NCBI GenBank assembly: GCA_036172245.1
Contig: JAYWIR010000009.1
Span: forward strand, 1,550,001-1,614,000
Length of the DNA: 64,000 nt
Reading direction: 5' to 3'
From: Raillietiella orientalis
Lineage: Eukaryota
Shown here in pieces: positions 52,821 through 64,000 of the stretch. Numbering within the stretch: the stretch's first letter is position 1; each line of letters starts with the position of its first letter. The notes beneath the pieces are model-generated. The model did no database searches and was not told where the DNA came from. It worked only from the letters and a program-made list of their open reading frames with translations. A program made the translations under genes and the position numbers.

Positions 52821-53817
52821 TCTGCTTGATGGCCTCCAGTTCTTTCTCGGACTCCTCCGTGATCTTCCGTATCACTTGGAAAGAGCGCGACTGCAGGGGT
52901 TCCTGCTTGGGGGAGTCCTTGCCGCCGCTTGCGGAGGAGCAGTGCATCGTGGTCGCCGAATCCCTGCTCGGCATACTGAGGGCGCCCGCCAGTGCGGGGT
53001 TTCCGGAACCGGCGTACCCGCGCAGCTGCTCGGGGCTCGCCTTGCCCTTAGGTTGAGGGGGCGCCAGCGTAGCATCCCTAGCGCCGTCTGGATGCCACGC
53101 GCCCCTCCACTCCGGCATGGGCTGGTGACGCGGAGGCGCTCTGACGCTGCAGCCGGGGGCAGACGGGGCCTGCCTGCCGTCGCCGCTGCCATTTTCCAGG
53201 AAGATGGGCACCATCCTGACGTGAGGGTTGTCGTTCGACGAGCCGGGGCCTGCCCTCCCGTTCGCCAAATAGGGAGAGGCGCCGCCGCCCGTCGATCTGT
53301 CCAGCCTCATGGACGAGAAGTCGGAGGATGCGCTTCCCTCTCCTCTTTTGGGCACCGGAGGGATGTAAAGCGATCCCATCTGAGCGCACAGTTCGGAGGG
53401 AGGGGTCGATCGGGATGACCTCGGTCCCGACCCGTTCGCGTTTCTCTCCGCCCCCCCATGCTGAACGACGGGAGAATAATACGTCGGGGACTGCGCGGGA
53501 GAAGAAGGCAACTGCTGCTGCAGGCGCTTCACGGGTTCGAGCCCGCCCACCGCCGCCCTGGCGGAGCGGTACCCGCCCTCTGGAGACGAAAGGCCTCCCA
53601 AGGGAGGTTCCCTCAACTCGAAACCTTCGCAGTCGGCACCTCCGAAGGATGGGCGAAGAGGCAGGCACGCAGGTCTTGGGGGGACTTCAGTCCGCGGAGG
53701 ACTCTGGACGCCTCTGGCGTTCGGACTGGGATCGTAGGGAGCGGTCAACGGCTCTGGACAAGGAGCGTTGCAGGAGCGCGAGGGCTGGTAGCAGGAGGCA
53801 GGAGTCCCTGAGGCACC
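52821..53817 (-). CDS. CG1674-like protein, large low-complexity exon C ending ...KQEPLQSRSFQVIRKITEESEKELEAIKQ
   Basis: Most of ORF 52771..53913. Acceptor ttcctgcttccag|GGT and donor CAG A|gtaggt (phase 1). It contains a QSRSFxV motif like those of PDZ-LIM (ALP/Enigma) linkers and CG1674-like proteins. Confidence 0.85.
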
Positions 53818-53863
53818 CTGGAAGCAGGAATCACACCGAGAGAGAGAAACTTTTTTGGGAAAC

Positions 53864-54055
53864 CTCGGAGGTCGACGGTGGTTTCGGGCCGTCAAAACCG
53901 TTGGCTTGGGCATTCAATTGCAGCCTCCGGGCCATCCTCGGGGACTTGATCTCCGACAGGTTCAGGCCCCCAGGGGTGTAGGTGAAAGGCTTCTTGTCCC
54001 TTAGCATGGCGTTCTGGATGGCCGCAGGGGGTTCCGGGCTCAGTGAATGGTTGAT
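53864..54055 (-). CDS. CG1674-like protein, exon B (INHSLSPEPPAAIQNAMLRDKKPFTYTPGGLNLSEIKSPRMARRLQLNAQANGFDGPKPPSTSE)
   Basis: This frame is not shown in the ORF track. Acceptor tctttcaag|ATC and donor GAG|gtttcc; 192 nt, phase 0 to 0. It contains the DKKPFTYTPGGLxLSxIKSPRM motif, which I recall from arthropod CG1674-like proteins (family name from memory). Confidence 0.85.
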
Positions 54056-54104
54056 CTTGAAAGACGTGAGAGAGTCGCGCCGGATGCGAGCGGGAAGGGC
54101 ATAC

Positions 54105-54217
54105 CTCGCAGGGCAGCTTGCTGTTGGCGTATGACATCTGCGGCAAGGGCGGCGGTGGCGGCGGCGGAGGCGCAGACGACGGAGCGGAGCGCGACCACGA
54201 GCTTTCCATCGCTGCTT
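54105..54217 (-). CDS. Proline-rich CG1674-like protein, exon A (MESSWSRSAPSSAPPPPPPPPLPQMSYANSKLPCE); ATG at 54209, may have further upstream exons
   Basis: Acceptor aaaatttcag|AA GCA GCG ATG and phase-0 donor GAG|gtatgc. A 49-nt intron joins it in frame to exon B. Confidence 0.7.
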
Positions 54218-56549
54218 CTGAAATTTTGCAGAGTGGGAGTTCCGAGGTCACATCCACTGGCGCTCGTGGCTCGGACCCACAAGACAGGGCGAGAGGGGGA
54301 AGGAAGGAGGAAGAAGGGGAAGGGGTCTGAGGCGGGTTAGGGGCGTGCAATGGGCGACAAAGAGCGATGGCAGACGAGACGGGGAAGGAGGGAGATCCTC
54401 GAGAACTTGGTACCGGTGGTCGGTCGAGCCCGGGTCAATGGGCGGTGGTTCCTCACGAGCACATGGAGGTGGCAGTACAGTGTGGATCGGACAGCCCGCA
54501 CTCCGTCCGCGAAATGCTACGCGGAGGATGGGTGATCCACAGGGAAGGGGGTGGATAGGGCACAGGTGTTCGCCCGGACATTTGCCTAGTAACACTTCCT
54601 TTCGTCAAAGGGCGTTAACGGGAAGGGAGCTATGATCGAGTGGGAGTGGCTTTTAGGATCTGGCAGACTGCGATTACGGGGGCGGCTGGCTGCTGCCTTG
54701 GAGACGAGGGGAGCAGCACATGCTCAAGAGGCGTGTCGCTGGGGACGCAGTGATGAACCATCACTGAGCAGAGGAGTGAGGTGCAAGGGTCGTCACGACC
54801 GTCCTTTGGCTGGCTGACGTTGAGTGGAGGCTGCAAGAGAGGTTGCTACGGCGGAGGGGGAAGGATAGTTGTCACGCTGGGGAGGAAAGTGTTCTCTCAC
54901 TGTGGGGATTATCACCTCGAGGTCACGAAGGAGGGAGCAGGGGCGCACCATGCAGAGCCGCGCGGGAATGACAGCTCAGCTGAAGTCACTGGCAAGATTA
55001 AGGGAGGAGGAGGAGGAGAAAGAGAAGAGGAAGAGGAGGAGGAGGAGAAAGAGAAGAGGAAGAGGAGGAAGGTGAAAACGGAAAGAGACCGCACCAGCTC
55101 GGGGAGCGGAGGAAAGACGCGACTTGCAACGGTGGGTGAACATAGGCGTGCACATTCCTTCCCGGAAGTTTTTGCACAGTAACAGGATTCGGGCACGTTA
55201 AAGGACGATCCCAGGGTCATCCGGGACGAAACTGTTCTTTTGGGGAAAAGCTACTCACCCTTGCTGTTCCTCTCCACGGAACCACTCGAGCTGTCGTAGC
55301 CACTGTCGGGGGCAGCGAGATTTCTGGAAAAGAAACACCCATTAAGCCTTTGGGGAGGCAGACCGGCTGCCAAGAGCCAGACCAAAGAAAAGGGGGACGA
55401 AGAGGAACGCCCCAGCATCCAACGAAATCACTCGGCATTGACTGAGAAGGACCGTGTGCTGATGGAAGAAACCGAGGTGGCCCGTCCTGGCAGACACTCG
55501 TTCCGGAGGAAAAAGCTGCAGCATGCCAAGGCGCGCAGCTTCCCGTAAGACGCGCCGCGCGCGAGAGACGTAGCGAATTTTACGTCCTCAAAGGGGTACA
55601 CGGGTTTTGCTTTGAGAGAATTTGGAGGTGTCGGGCGTCCCAAGGGAGCATCTGCTGTGCACAAGGGATCGCCACACTTCGCCACGCGCCCATCTTTTCT
55701 CCCTTCTTGATGCCTGACACTTCGAAAAGCCACTGAGCCTCCCGTGCCCTACGCCGGTGGAAGTTATGAAGCTCCCACTCAGCTCGCGGGGATGCTAGTC
55801 TCTTCCCCTCCGAAGAGGAAGAGTGAGGCCATTCCGAAAGGAAGGGAACCAGCAACAACGCGCGCGACTCGAACGTCCACGTCCCAGAGCACCCCGGGAT
55901 ACCGACAGAGGGGAGCCCTGTGGCCCGCAGCCAGAGTCCGTTTCCAAACTTCCTCTCCCTGCCAATAGCAATAAATCGCGGGAGCCACTGGGAAAGCAGA
56001 AGACGAACTCACGAAGACAAGGGAGCCGTCCGCAGAGGAAGCATGGCGAGATGGGGTAGCGTTAGGGGACGTGCGTGGGCGCCAGTTGCTAATGCGGCGG
56101 ACCGCAGTCAAAGCAAAATCGGGCCGACCCGCTGAGCACGGAGGGAGAGCGGCCTGACCCAGATAGATCGGTCGGGTGGCACGCGGGGCGGACAAGCTCT
56201 CGCTCCGCCGGGTGGGAGGCTGCGGTGCTGCAGAATATCCTCCACCGCCGCTGACTCATCATCGCTGCCAGCGGCGAGCTCGCAAAAGATCACAGGGTTG
56301 AAGTCATGATGATGATGGTCCTGCTATCATCTCCTGGATGCTATCACCTCCGGTATGCGAATAACCCGAGTGATGAAGGATCCGACGCGCAGAGGGACAT
56401 TCCCGGTCACGGGAGACCACCTTTTCTTGTCGCCCTTCCTCTTTCGGCTTCCTGCGATAACTCCTACTGCTCCAGGGTGGTCACGCGGACGAGCCTCCCG
56501 TCGCATCCCGACACAGGGAATCTCTTCCTCTGCCAGGATAACAAGAAGC

Positions 56550-59500
56550 TTCATCCCGAGGATGCGAACATATGATGGGAGGCGGCGAGGACCGTTCCCA
56601 GGGTCCATGTGAGACATGTCCGGGAGTCTTCCACTCCGTGGTCTTCTCGCGGAAAGGCGCGCGCGGGAAGGAGGAAGGGGATTTCCTTGGTCTCGAGAGG
56701 ACAAATCTCCCCGAGCACCTCCTTGGAGATTTTTCCCTGGGCAGATCGTTCCTCCGTTCGAGGGAGCCGACCTCGCTCTCTCTTTTTTTTCCCCTCCTTC
56801 GGACCCTCTCTCCCTGGTACGCACGCACCCGACCTGAAGGTCGACCGAAAGGAGTAGGCAGCGCAGCGCGCGCGCCGCCTGGCGGCCATCCGGCAAAGCG
56901 CGGGGTTGCCCTGAGAGATGACGCCCTCTGTCTCCGCCCAGCAGAGGGGCAGCACGCAGCACGCCACGCACGCCAGCGACCTCAGGCGCCCCGGAGCAAT
57001 CACGATATTCCCGGAGCAATCTCTGCGAAGCCGATCATCCCTTTCCTCCCCCTCGCTCCCCGGCTCCCTACCACTCACCCCCATTTTTCCCTCCTTTTTC
57101 ACTTCCGGGAAACCGGGAAGGACTCGGTGCTCGCGGGCACGCCGAGCGTGACCCGATCCGAACCAGGAAGAGCCCATCTCTCTCAAGTGCCCTCGGGCTC
57201 GATCTCGAAAGATCTAAAGCGAAACGCGCGCGACCTGCGACCTGTCGAACTCCCCGGCGCGGGTTATTTTTAGCATACGCTGCGAGAGCTGACGCCGAAG
57301 ACCATCCGGGGGATCAATAATCACCCCCTCTGGGCAGCCCCCTCGAAGCCGAGACGAGAGTCCGGCATAGCTGCGCTTTTTGCCCTCGACTGCGAGGTGG
57401 ATGGACCCCGCGTCGTCCTCCGAGTGGTATCCGAGCAACGGGAGCTGGTGCGCACGGAAGCGGAACTTTCGTTAGCCTCCTCGATGAGGCGGTTGAAGAT
57501 CAGAACAAGCGGTCGTTCGCAGCTTCACTCGGTCTGGACCCGCACTCGGAGGCTTCGGATCCGTTTGCTCGTGGCTCGCAGAGGTGAGATGGGGGAGGAG
57601 GATCTTCGAAGCGTCCGGACATCCACAGGGAATCTTTTCCAGGGGACGCGATCGCCCGGGAACCGATCTTCTGGAGGTGGTGAAGCTCTGCCGTTCGTCG
57701 GGGGGAGGTCGGGCCCGCAGAGCCGAGGTTGTTCACGCAAGAGCGCGTTCCCTCGGCATATCCAATGAAACCCGCTCTTGAGCGAACACGTGGCGGCAGC
57801 GGGAACGCGCGCGCCCTCGCGGGTGTCCACGTGCTTCCGCTTCCACGGGTTCAGCGATCCTCGGGAAGGGAAGGGGGAGGGACGACGCTTCCTGTCTCCG
57901 TGCTCCCGGATGCGCTGAGCTCACAGCCAGGAGGATCCGGGAACCGCGAAGCGGCGTTTCCGCCCGTCTGCGAGGACCGGTCGCGCGAGCCTCCCCTTCC
58001 ATCTCCATGACGCCCCTCGGGTCCGCGAGACACACGAGGACGCATCTTGAAACGGCGCCGCCGCTGCTGCCTGCAGGGGCGGCGACCACCGTCCCTCCGC
58101 TCCGTCCTTCCTTCCCTGCGCCCCTGGCGGAGCGGTCCCTTCCACCCTCTTTCCCCTCTTCCCGCGGCGGCAGGGGAGGCGGCGGAGCGCCGAGGATTTC
58201 ACCCCCTCCCCTTCCCCCTCGTATGCTTACCTCCTTCGCCCACGATCCCCGCGACGGACGCCGGGGCGAAGCGGCGGGAGCGAACGCCTGCGTGCCTCTG
58301 GCCCGAAAACTCCTTCCGGGAGCGCGGCGGCGGCGCCACGGTCCGCAGGCCACCGCGGGAATGCGCGCATCGAGATGCGCGCGCCCACCTGTTCCAGGTG
58401 AGTGGGTTTCCGCGATCCGCTGCCCTCCGCGGGGGATCCGGGTCGGTCGGGGGGCGCGACCGCCGCCGACCCTTCCTTTGCCCCCTCGGGTGAGTTTCCG
58501 CCGACGGTTCCAGCTTGGGCCGCTGCGCGACGGCTCTCCTCCTCGTCTCCCGCATCCCCCCCCTCTCACCTCCCGAGCGCACGCGCGCATTCCGTCCGAG
58601 CCGAACCTGCGGTAAACCCCGGATTCCCACCGAGCGTTGCCGTGCAGTCGAGGGAGGCGGGGCGCGCGGAACCACCGTCCACTGCCACTGCGCTAGACCC
58701 CCGCTACGTTGCATGGAGCGTGGTAGCCACTGGGAAGCTGCGAGCCTGGTACTTCTCCGAGAGCGACCTGACCTCTCCTTTGATCGGCCTCTCCGTAAGC
58801 AGAGAAGAACGGTAGGGAGGGGGTTGGAGGTGTCACTGCGCATGACGTCACCGCGAAGAATCCGTTTTCGAGTTGAGCGCTCGTTTCCACAGGGACCGCG
58901 GCGCCCAGCCGCCGGAAGGCGCCGGAGGCGGAGTGGGTGGAGGCGGAAGGATGCCTCTGGACGGGCACCCTTCCGCCTCCACCCACTCTCCGCGGGCTTG
59001 GGAGCTGGCGCGCACAGCTCTTGAACGGGGGACACTCCGGCGCATCTGGTCGCCAAAGCACGCCCCTGCACTGCGACGGGTGCCTGAGGCAGCCATTCCC
59101 TTTCCCGTGCATCTGCGAAACTCCTGGCGCTCTCTCCAGAAGGCGCAGTGGAAGCTCAGTAGACGTGAAAACTCCGGAGGCCCCCAAAGGGGGAGGGGGG
59201 GGAGGTAACTGGAGATCAGGAGAGCTGTATGGGACGGAGGAGGGTCGCTCGGCGTCCGCAGCAGCCAGGTGCTGTGGACGCCTGACGACCGCCATCCTCA
59301 ACGGCACGGATGCAGCTCCTGGATTATCGTGAGAGGAGGCAGGGGAGGGATCAACGGTCGCCGATTCCACTCGGGAGCTGCCGCGCTTTGCCTCGCGGTA
59401 GAAGAGAGAGCTGAGCGCGGGGGACATCTGTCATCGGCCAGGGTGGGGTCCAGAAGTGTCGGAAGAAGGAATCGATCCAAGGAGGCGGCGGCGCCCTCTC

Positions 59501-59950
59501 CGAGTCTCTGTCTCTTTCCAGACTGAGGACCTCGGATGCCACGACTGCGGGGTAGCCTGCCTCTGGAGCAGCGAGCCGCAGCTATCCTCACTGTGATGGC
59601 GACAGCTCTACTACTCGGAATATTAGATGTCACGTCAGCAGGTGGATGGAGATTAACAGCTGCAAACCAGCGGGTTCGCGGAGTGGACTCCACGTTGAGG
59701 TTTGATCTGGTATAACCGAAGAACAACACATGGGTGATAGTGGACGTCTCCTGTCCGTTTGAAAACGGAGAAGCATCTATCATCTCCCGAAGAGAGGTCG
59801 ATATCAAGATCTCCTCCCTCGGATTACTATTACTAGTAGTAGTAGCGGTACTGCCTGTCACCTCTGGGCAGAGGCACCGGCAACGATATGGCACCATCAC
59901 AGGAATAGTACCTACGCTGGACCTATTGCTGCGCCTCTCAAGCTTTGCCG
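56550..59950 (+). mobile_element. Near full-length decayed RLE-type non-LTR retrotransposon; best-preserved endonuclease motif at 59665-59770
   Basis: 59665-59770 reads NQRVRGVDSTLRFDLV*PKNNTWVIVDVSCPFENG, the R-P-D-L-V...I-D-V-x-C-P-F-E-N signature of restriction-like endonucleases of R2/NeSL/Utopia elements, with an in-frame TAA at 59713-59715. Upstream remnants: VVFSRKG, LRPAEGQH, GSIS, RRIWS. Confidence 0.65.
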
Positions 59951-60249
59951 CCAAGACCCACTCCTTTCCGGGGAGCCGGGACGGGAGTGCCGATGCTGTA
60001 TGTCAAGGGAGCGATGGCACCGATTGTGGGACGGAGGCGGCGGGCAGCGCTACGGCAGGACCATCGTCTTGGTATGCGTCTCCTTCCGGCCTCGTGACTT
60101 GCCCTCCCTCCTCCTTGCCGGACGAAGGTGATTCCGGCGAGGCTGCCACCACCAACGGCTGGTATTGTTCACAACGGCTGGTAAATTTTCTAAGTATCTT
60201 TCGGAAAAAATCTCACCATCCGCTGGACCTTTTTGTATTTCACCCTGCC

Positions 60250-62200
60250 AGCCTCTCTTTTTTTCCTACTTGGATCCACCTCTCTTCCCCCCCTCCCCCT
60301 TTCCGAATTCCAGCGTCACACGCTGCTAAAGAGTGACCTACTGACACTGCACCTTTCCGTACTACCGGTGCTAGGTTGCTTGGCAACGTCCAAGGGTTTT
60401 AGTCCAAGCGAGTAATTTGCATCTTCGTCTGACACTTGTAAACTGCTGTGGTTTTTGCGAACTCTCAAACGCAACAGCTCTGTTCGTCTCTGAGCGTTGC
60501 CAAGGCTGGTCTCGGATCCGGACAACGGGGTTGCGCGCACCTAGTTATGGGGAGCAGCTGACGCATCCACTAGGTCTTTGTCGCAATGATGAGGCGAAAG
60601 TAGGAGAGCGAAATTTCGCCTTTATGGTGCGGTTGATCCTAGCAACGGAGAGATTCTTAGCTCATTTGCACTCCAGGTGACAGCACATCGATCGTGTGTT
60701 TGTTGAGCAGATGCCGCGGCATTTGAGAACACGGGAGGACTCTCCCGAGCACCCAGATTCCAGAGCATCCCGAGATTTCCCAACCTGTGCCAGCGAGCAC
60801 AGGTTGGGAAATCTGAAGGCACCCAGGAATACCGAAGATGCAATCACCGCTGCATTACTTGTAGAGGCGGTAGCCACAATAACAAGGAGGATAACAGTGG
60901 GCAGGGAGATGGCGGCTGCACGAGCAGTGTTGGGCAGGAACCTCGGCAACGATAGATGGTCACGAGAGTGACGGAGCAGCGCGAGGTGGAGAGCGCCAGC
61001 GGTGGCGCCGCCTACAGCGTTGGTCGCAGGAAAAGCCCTTGAAGCGGTTCCTCTCGCTTCTCTGCGCTCATGCGCAGAAGCCCCCTGAACAGTCTGGCAA
61101 CCGAGAGACTGTCCCGCCGCCCTCTACGGAGCCCAACCTCCGCCCTGACCCAGTTCTGGGAGCCGCTGGCTGCCGGTCTCGGAGCATTCCAGGATCGGGA
61201 GCGAGGCTTTTTTCGGCGAGGGGGCGGTTGGGACGGGAAGCGCTCGGGCGAGGAGGAATGACGGGAGGGAGAGGCGCCGAGGAAGGCCCCGCACGTGAAT
61301 CCGAACTCCTATCCCCCTGTCCCGCTCAGCGAGGCGTCCGTCCGCCGCTCGGACGCTTCTCCGTCCGAATCCCTCCTGGCCTTTCCAGACCGCACGCTCC
61401 TTCCGCCGCCGCGTCTTCCCCTCTGAGGTCACGTCCGTGGAATACACCCCCGGGGTACAGCGCCTCCGCGCCCAGGCACGGACGCGTCTTCACTTCCCTG
61501 GGAGAAGGGGGGGAGGAGGAGGAAGCATGATTGCGTTTCCCGGAGGGCAAGGACCTGCTCGTGGATCGGGCAGCCCCCGCCTCGGGCAGGACCCCTCCGA
61601 TTCACCGCTCCTGCCTGCGGGTTCTCCACAAGCCCCCCGGATCAAGAGAGCCAGGCGGAGAGGAAGGGGAGGTGGTCAAGGGGAGGGGGCATGGAGGAGT
61701 AGATCCCCGCTTTTCCCTCAGGGCTTCGCAACTCAGGTCGGGTACATCGCGCACAGAGGGTTACTGAGGTCAGAGGCTGCTGCACCTCGTCCCTGGCGCC
61801 CGTTCCCCTGCTGACATTCGGGGTAGGTCTCGGCCACGAGTGCAAACAGCAACCTCCTTCGGGCATGAAGCTGTCCTTCCCGGGGAGGGAACGAGCGGGA
61901 CACTTCCGCCCTTCCCTTGAGGGCCAGCTTGTGCCGGAGTGCGGGGCGGATCTTGTCCTCGGGCCGAAATGCTTGCCTTCAAGGAGAGATCGAAGCGTAG
62001 CTTCTGCTCCAGCAAGTGTCCTTCGAGGGCAAGTCTGACCTCCCTCTTCCCTTCGGGAGGTCATCGGATTCCCTTCTTCGAGGGAAGGTCGTGTCTGGCC
62101 CGCAGCAGCCTGCGGCGGCAGCCACAACTCCATTGTACTCCGACCTTCGACTCCAGCCGGGGGGAGGGAACAGGTGATTCCCATCTAGGGGAAGAATCGG
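60250..62200 (-). mobile_element. Decayed RLE-type non-LTR retrotransposon, tail-to-tail with the previous copy
   Basis: CSLPPAGVE; SAP; SFMPEGGCCLHS at ~61835-61880 (~KGFMP.DGC.EH); RRGPARGGGCPI (~GV.QGCP); VFSNAAASA...AVTWS; LRQRPSG; RRRC....TKTL (~CRRC...ETL). Confidence 0.6.
60773..60814. repeat. Perfect hairpin with 18-bp stem and 6-nt loop
   Basis: agatttcccaacctgtgc-cagcga-gcacaggttgggaaatct. Confidence 0.95.
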
Positions 62201-64000
62201 GCCGCGTGAAGGACAAGGGGAGGGGGACAGTCGGGAGCAACCGAGGTGGCAGAGGTCCTCCTCTTCCATCCCCTTCCAGGAAGTGAAAGCGAAAGGGTAG
62301 AACAGGGAAAAGTCGATGGGGAGGAAGAGGGTCCGCCGAGCTGGCGAAAAGGCACGCGCGCCACCCCCTCGTGCTACCCCTTCCCTCGAGCAGGATTTCT
62401 GTAGCCTAAAAATACATGTCGCGGCAGAGAGCTTTGGCAGCCTCCCGCGCCGCGCGCAGCGTTCGCTGCGGGAGGCCGCAGAGCGCGTCTCTCGCGGACG
62501 AAGGCGCTGAGCGCTCTCTCAGAAAGAAAGCGAAAAGGGGGAAGAGGAGCAGGACCGGAACTTGGGCGTGGGCCCTGCCGCTTCCACCTCCTCGATTTCC
62601 TCTAGCCTGGATGGTGTGGGCTGCGCACGAACCGCCCGCACGCGTCCTCCCGCGGACGGGCGTGGGCGGGGAGGTCGGCGAAAACGAACGGGCGCGCCTT
62701 CGCTCGCTTTACAGGTCTCCCGCTCAGGAGGCGGCCAATGCGCCATCGCGCTGGCAGGGCGTAGGAGGGGAGAGCGGGTGGGGGCTGGGGAAACGGTGGT
62801 GGAGCGCCACGCTTCCGGTCTCGGCCGCTGGTCAGTCCGCGCCACCACCCTCACGTGGAGGGTGCGTGCGAGCAGAGGGCAATCGCCCCGCGGGCGGCCG
62901 GCGTCGGCAGCAGCGGCGATTTCCGCGTGAGTGGAGAAGGCGGCGGCGGCAGTCGAAAGGAGCGCCGTCCCCAGCGGAGCGCTGGCGCCGGCGACCATCC
63001 TATCCCGCTTCCTTCCCTCCGATCCCTCGCGCGCGCGGAAGCCACGAAAGAAAGGGGTGTACTCACGAGATGGCGCAAGTCCAGCGAAGCACGTCCGCTT
63101 CCGGGCGGCCCCAGTCGCGTGATGCGCATTTCGCCGCGGACGAGACCTCCGGGACGGGGATGCGTGCCAGACGCCGGCGTCGGCGGCTGCGCGGAGGCGC
63201 CTCCGATGCGCGTATTTTTAGAGGATTCCTCAGAGCTGGGAGAGAAGACGCGCAGTTTCCGGGAGACCGCCCCCGTTCCTCGGAAGAGGGGGAACACGAG
63301 GAGGAGGAACGGGGGATGGAAAGAGGACGGGTTGGGCGAGAGCTGAGGGTCAGGGTCACCCTCTGAAGAGGCCTATTTCCACCACTCCAGGGAGCGATTC
63401 CCAACCGTGTCTCTTAGAAACTGTCAGAGGTCTCCATGCTCGCTTTCTCACGAGGGGAAGGGCGCGATTGCGTTCCCCTGGTCCAGGAAGGAAGCCAAGG
63501 AGAAGCCAACTGCTTCCTTATTCCTCGCATCCCCCTTTCTCACAGCTGCCCGCGAGTGTTGCCATCCCTACCAGATCACCCGGAACGACGCGCTACCTTT
63601 CGCGACCAACCTGATCCAACAGGTCCAGGAAAAAAAGAAAAGCCAGTCTTAACAGCGGCGAGCGCAGTGACGACCCTTGTGCGCCCCATCAGGGAGTCAA
63701 CTGAGGGAGGAAAGGAGGAAGAGTGGAGGAGGAGCAGTGCGTTGTTAGACCCTCCTTACTGCAAAAGCATAACGGTGCCTCCCGAGCGCCACAACAGTTG
63801 ATAGCAATGGTGTCAGGGCATGTTTACCAGTCCCCCACGGCGGCAAGGCGGTGGGATGCTTTAGCCAAGACTTCCGCTGGATTCTGGCTGGCGCATCTCC
63901 CTCTTCCCTCGAGGACCGACCCTCTTCTCGGGACGAAGCGCGGGCCCTTCACCAGCCGACAGCGCCAGAGAACATATTGCGCTAAGCCAAGAGCGCGGCA

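Noticed and set aside
63400..64000. Possible post-RT retroelement remnant on the plus strand
   Set aside because: Only vague motif resemblance, and it runs off the window.
1..64000. CRISPR arrays, rRNA, tRNA, telomeric repeats, prokaryotic or viral gene clusters
   Set aside because: No regularly spaced repeats, conserved RNA motifs or dense intronless gene blocks were seen. Small RNAs could be missed without covariance-model searches.

Overview
This is eukaryotic genomic DNA, most likely from an arthropod. It has GT-AG introns, many homopolymer and microsatellite tracts, and no operon-like structure, so nearly all ORFs in the supplied track are spurious GC-rich frames. Two host genes can be built by hand, both on the minus strand. 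(1) A complete 83-aa single-LIM CRIP gene has three coding exons (37444-37405, 36805-36653, 24098-24040) and a 12.5-kb second intron. (2) A partial proline-rich gene carries the DKKPFTYTPGGLxLSxIKSPRM and QSRSFxV motifs that I associate with the Drosophila CG1674-like muscle protein family; its four exons lie at 54217-52627 and are separated by 46-50-nt introns. The rest looks like a transposon graveyard. The GC-rich flanks (about 1-19.1 kb and 41.5-64 kb) contain about 10 heavily decayed copies, in both orientations, of an RLE-type (Utopia/NeSL/R2-group) non-LTR retrotransposon. The AT-richer centre (about 19-41.5 kb, around CRIP) instead holds several decayed Tc1/mariner transposases. These TE calls rest on motif order recognised by eye across frameshifts and need profile searches. 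There are also several perfect palindromes and a 65-bp inverted repeat. I found no rRNA, tRNA or CRISPR array, and no intact novel multi-gene system. The most speculative lead is a possible in-frame splice from the QSRSF-motif gene into CRIP.
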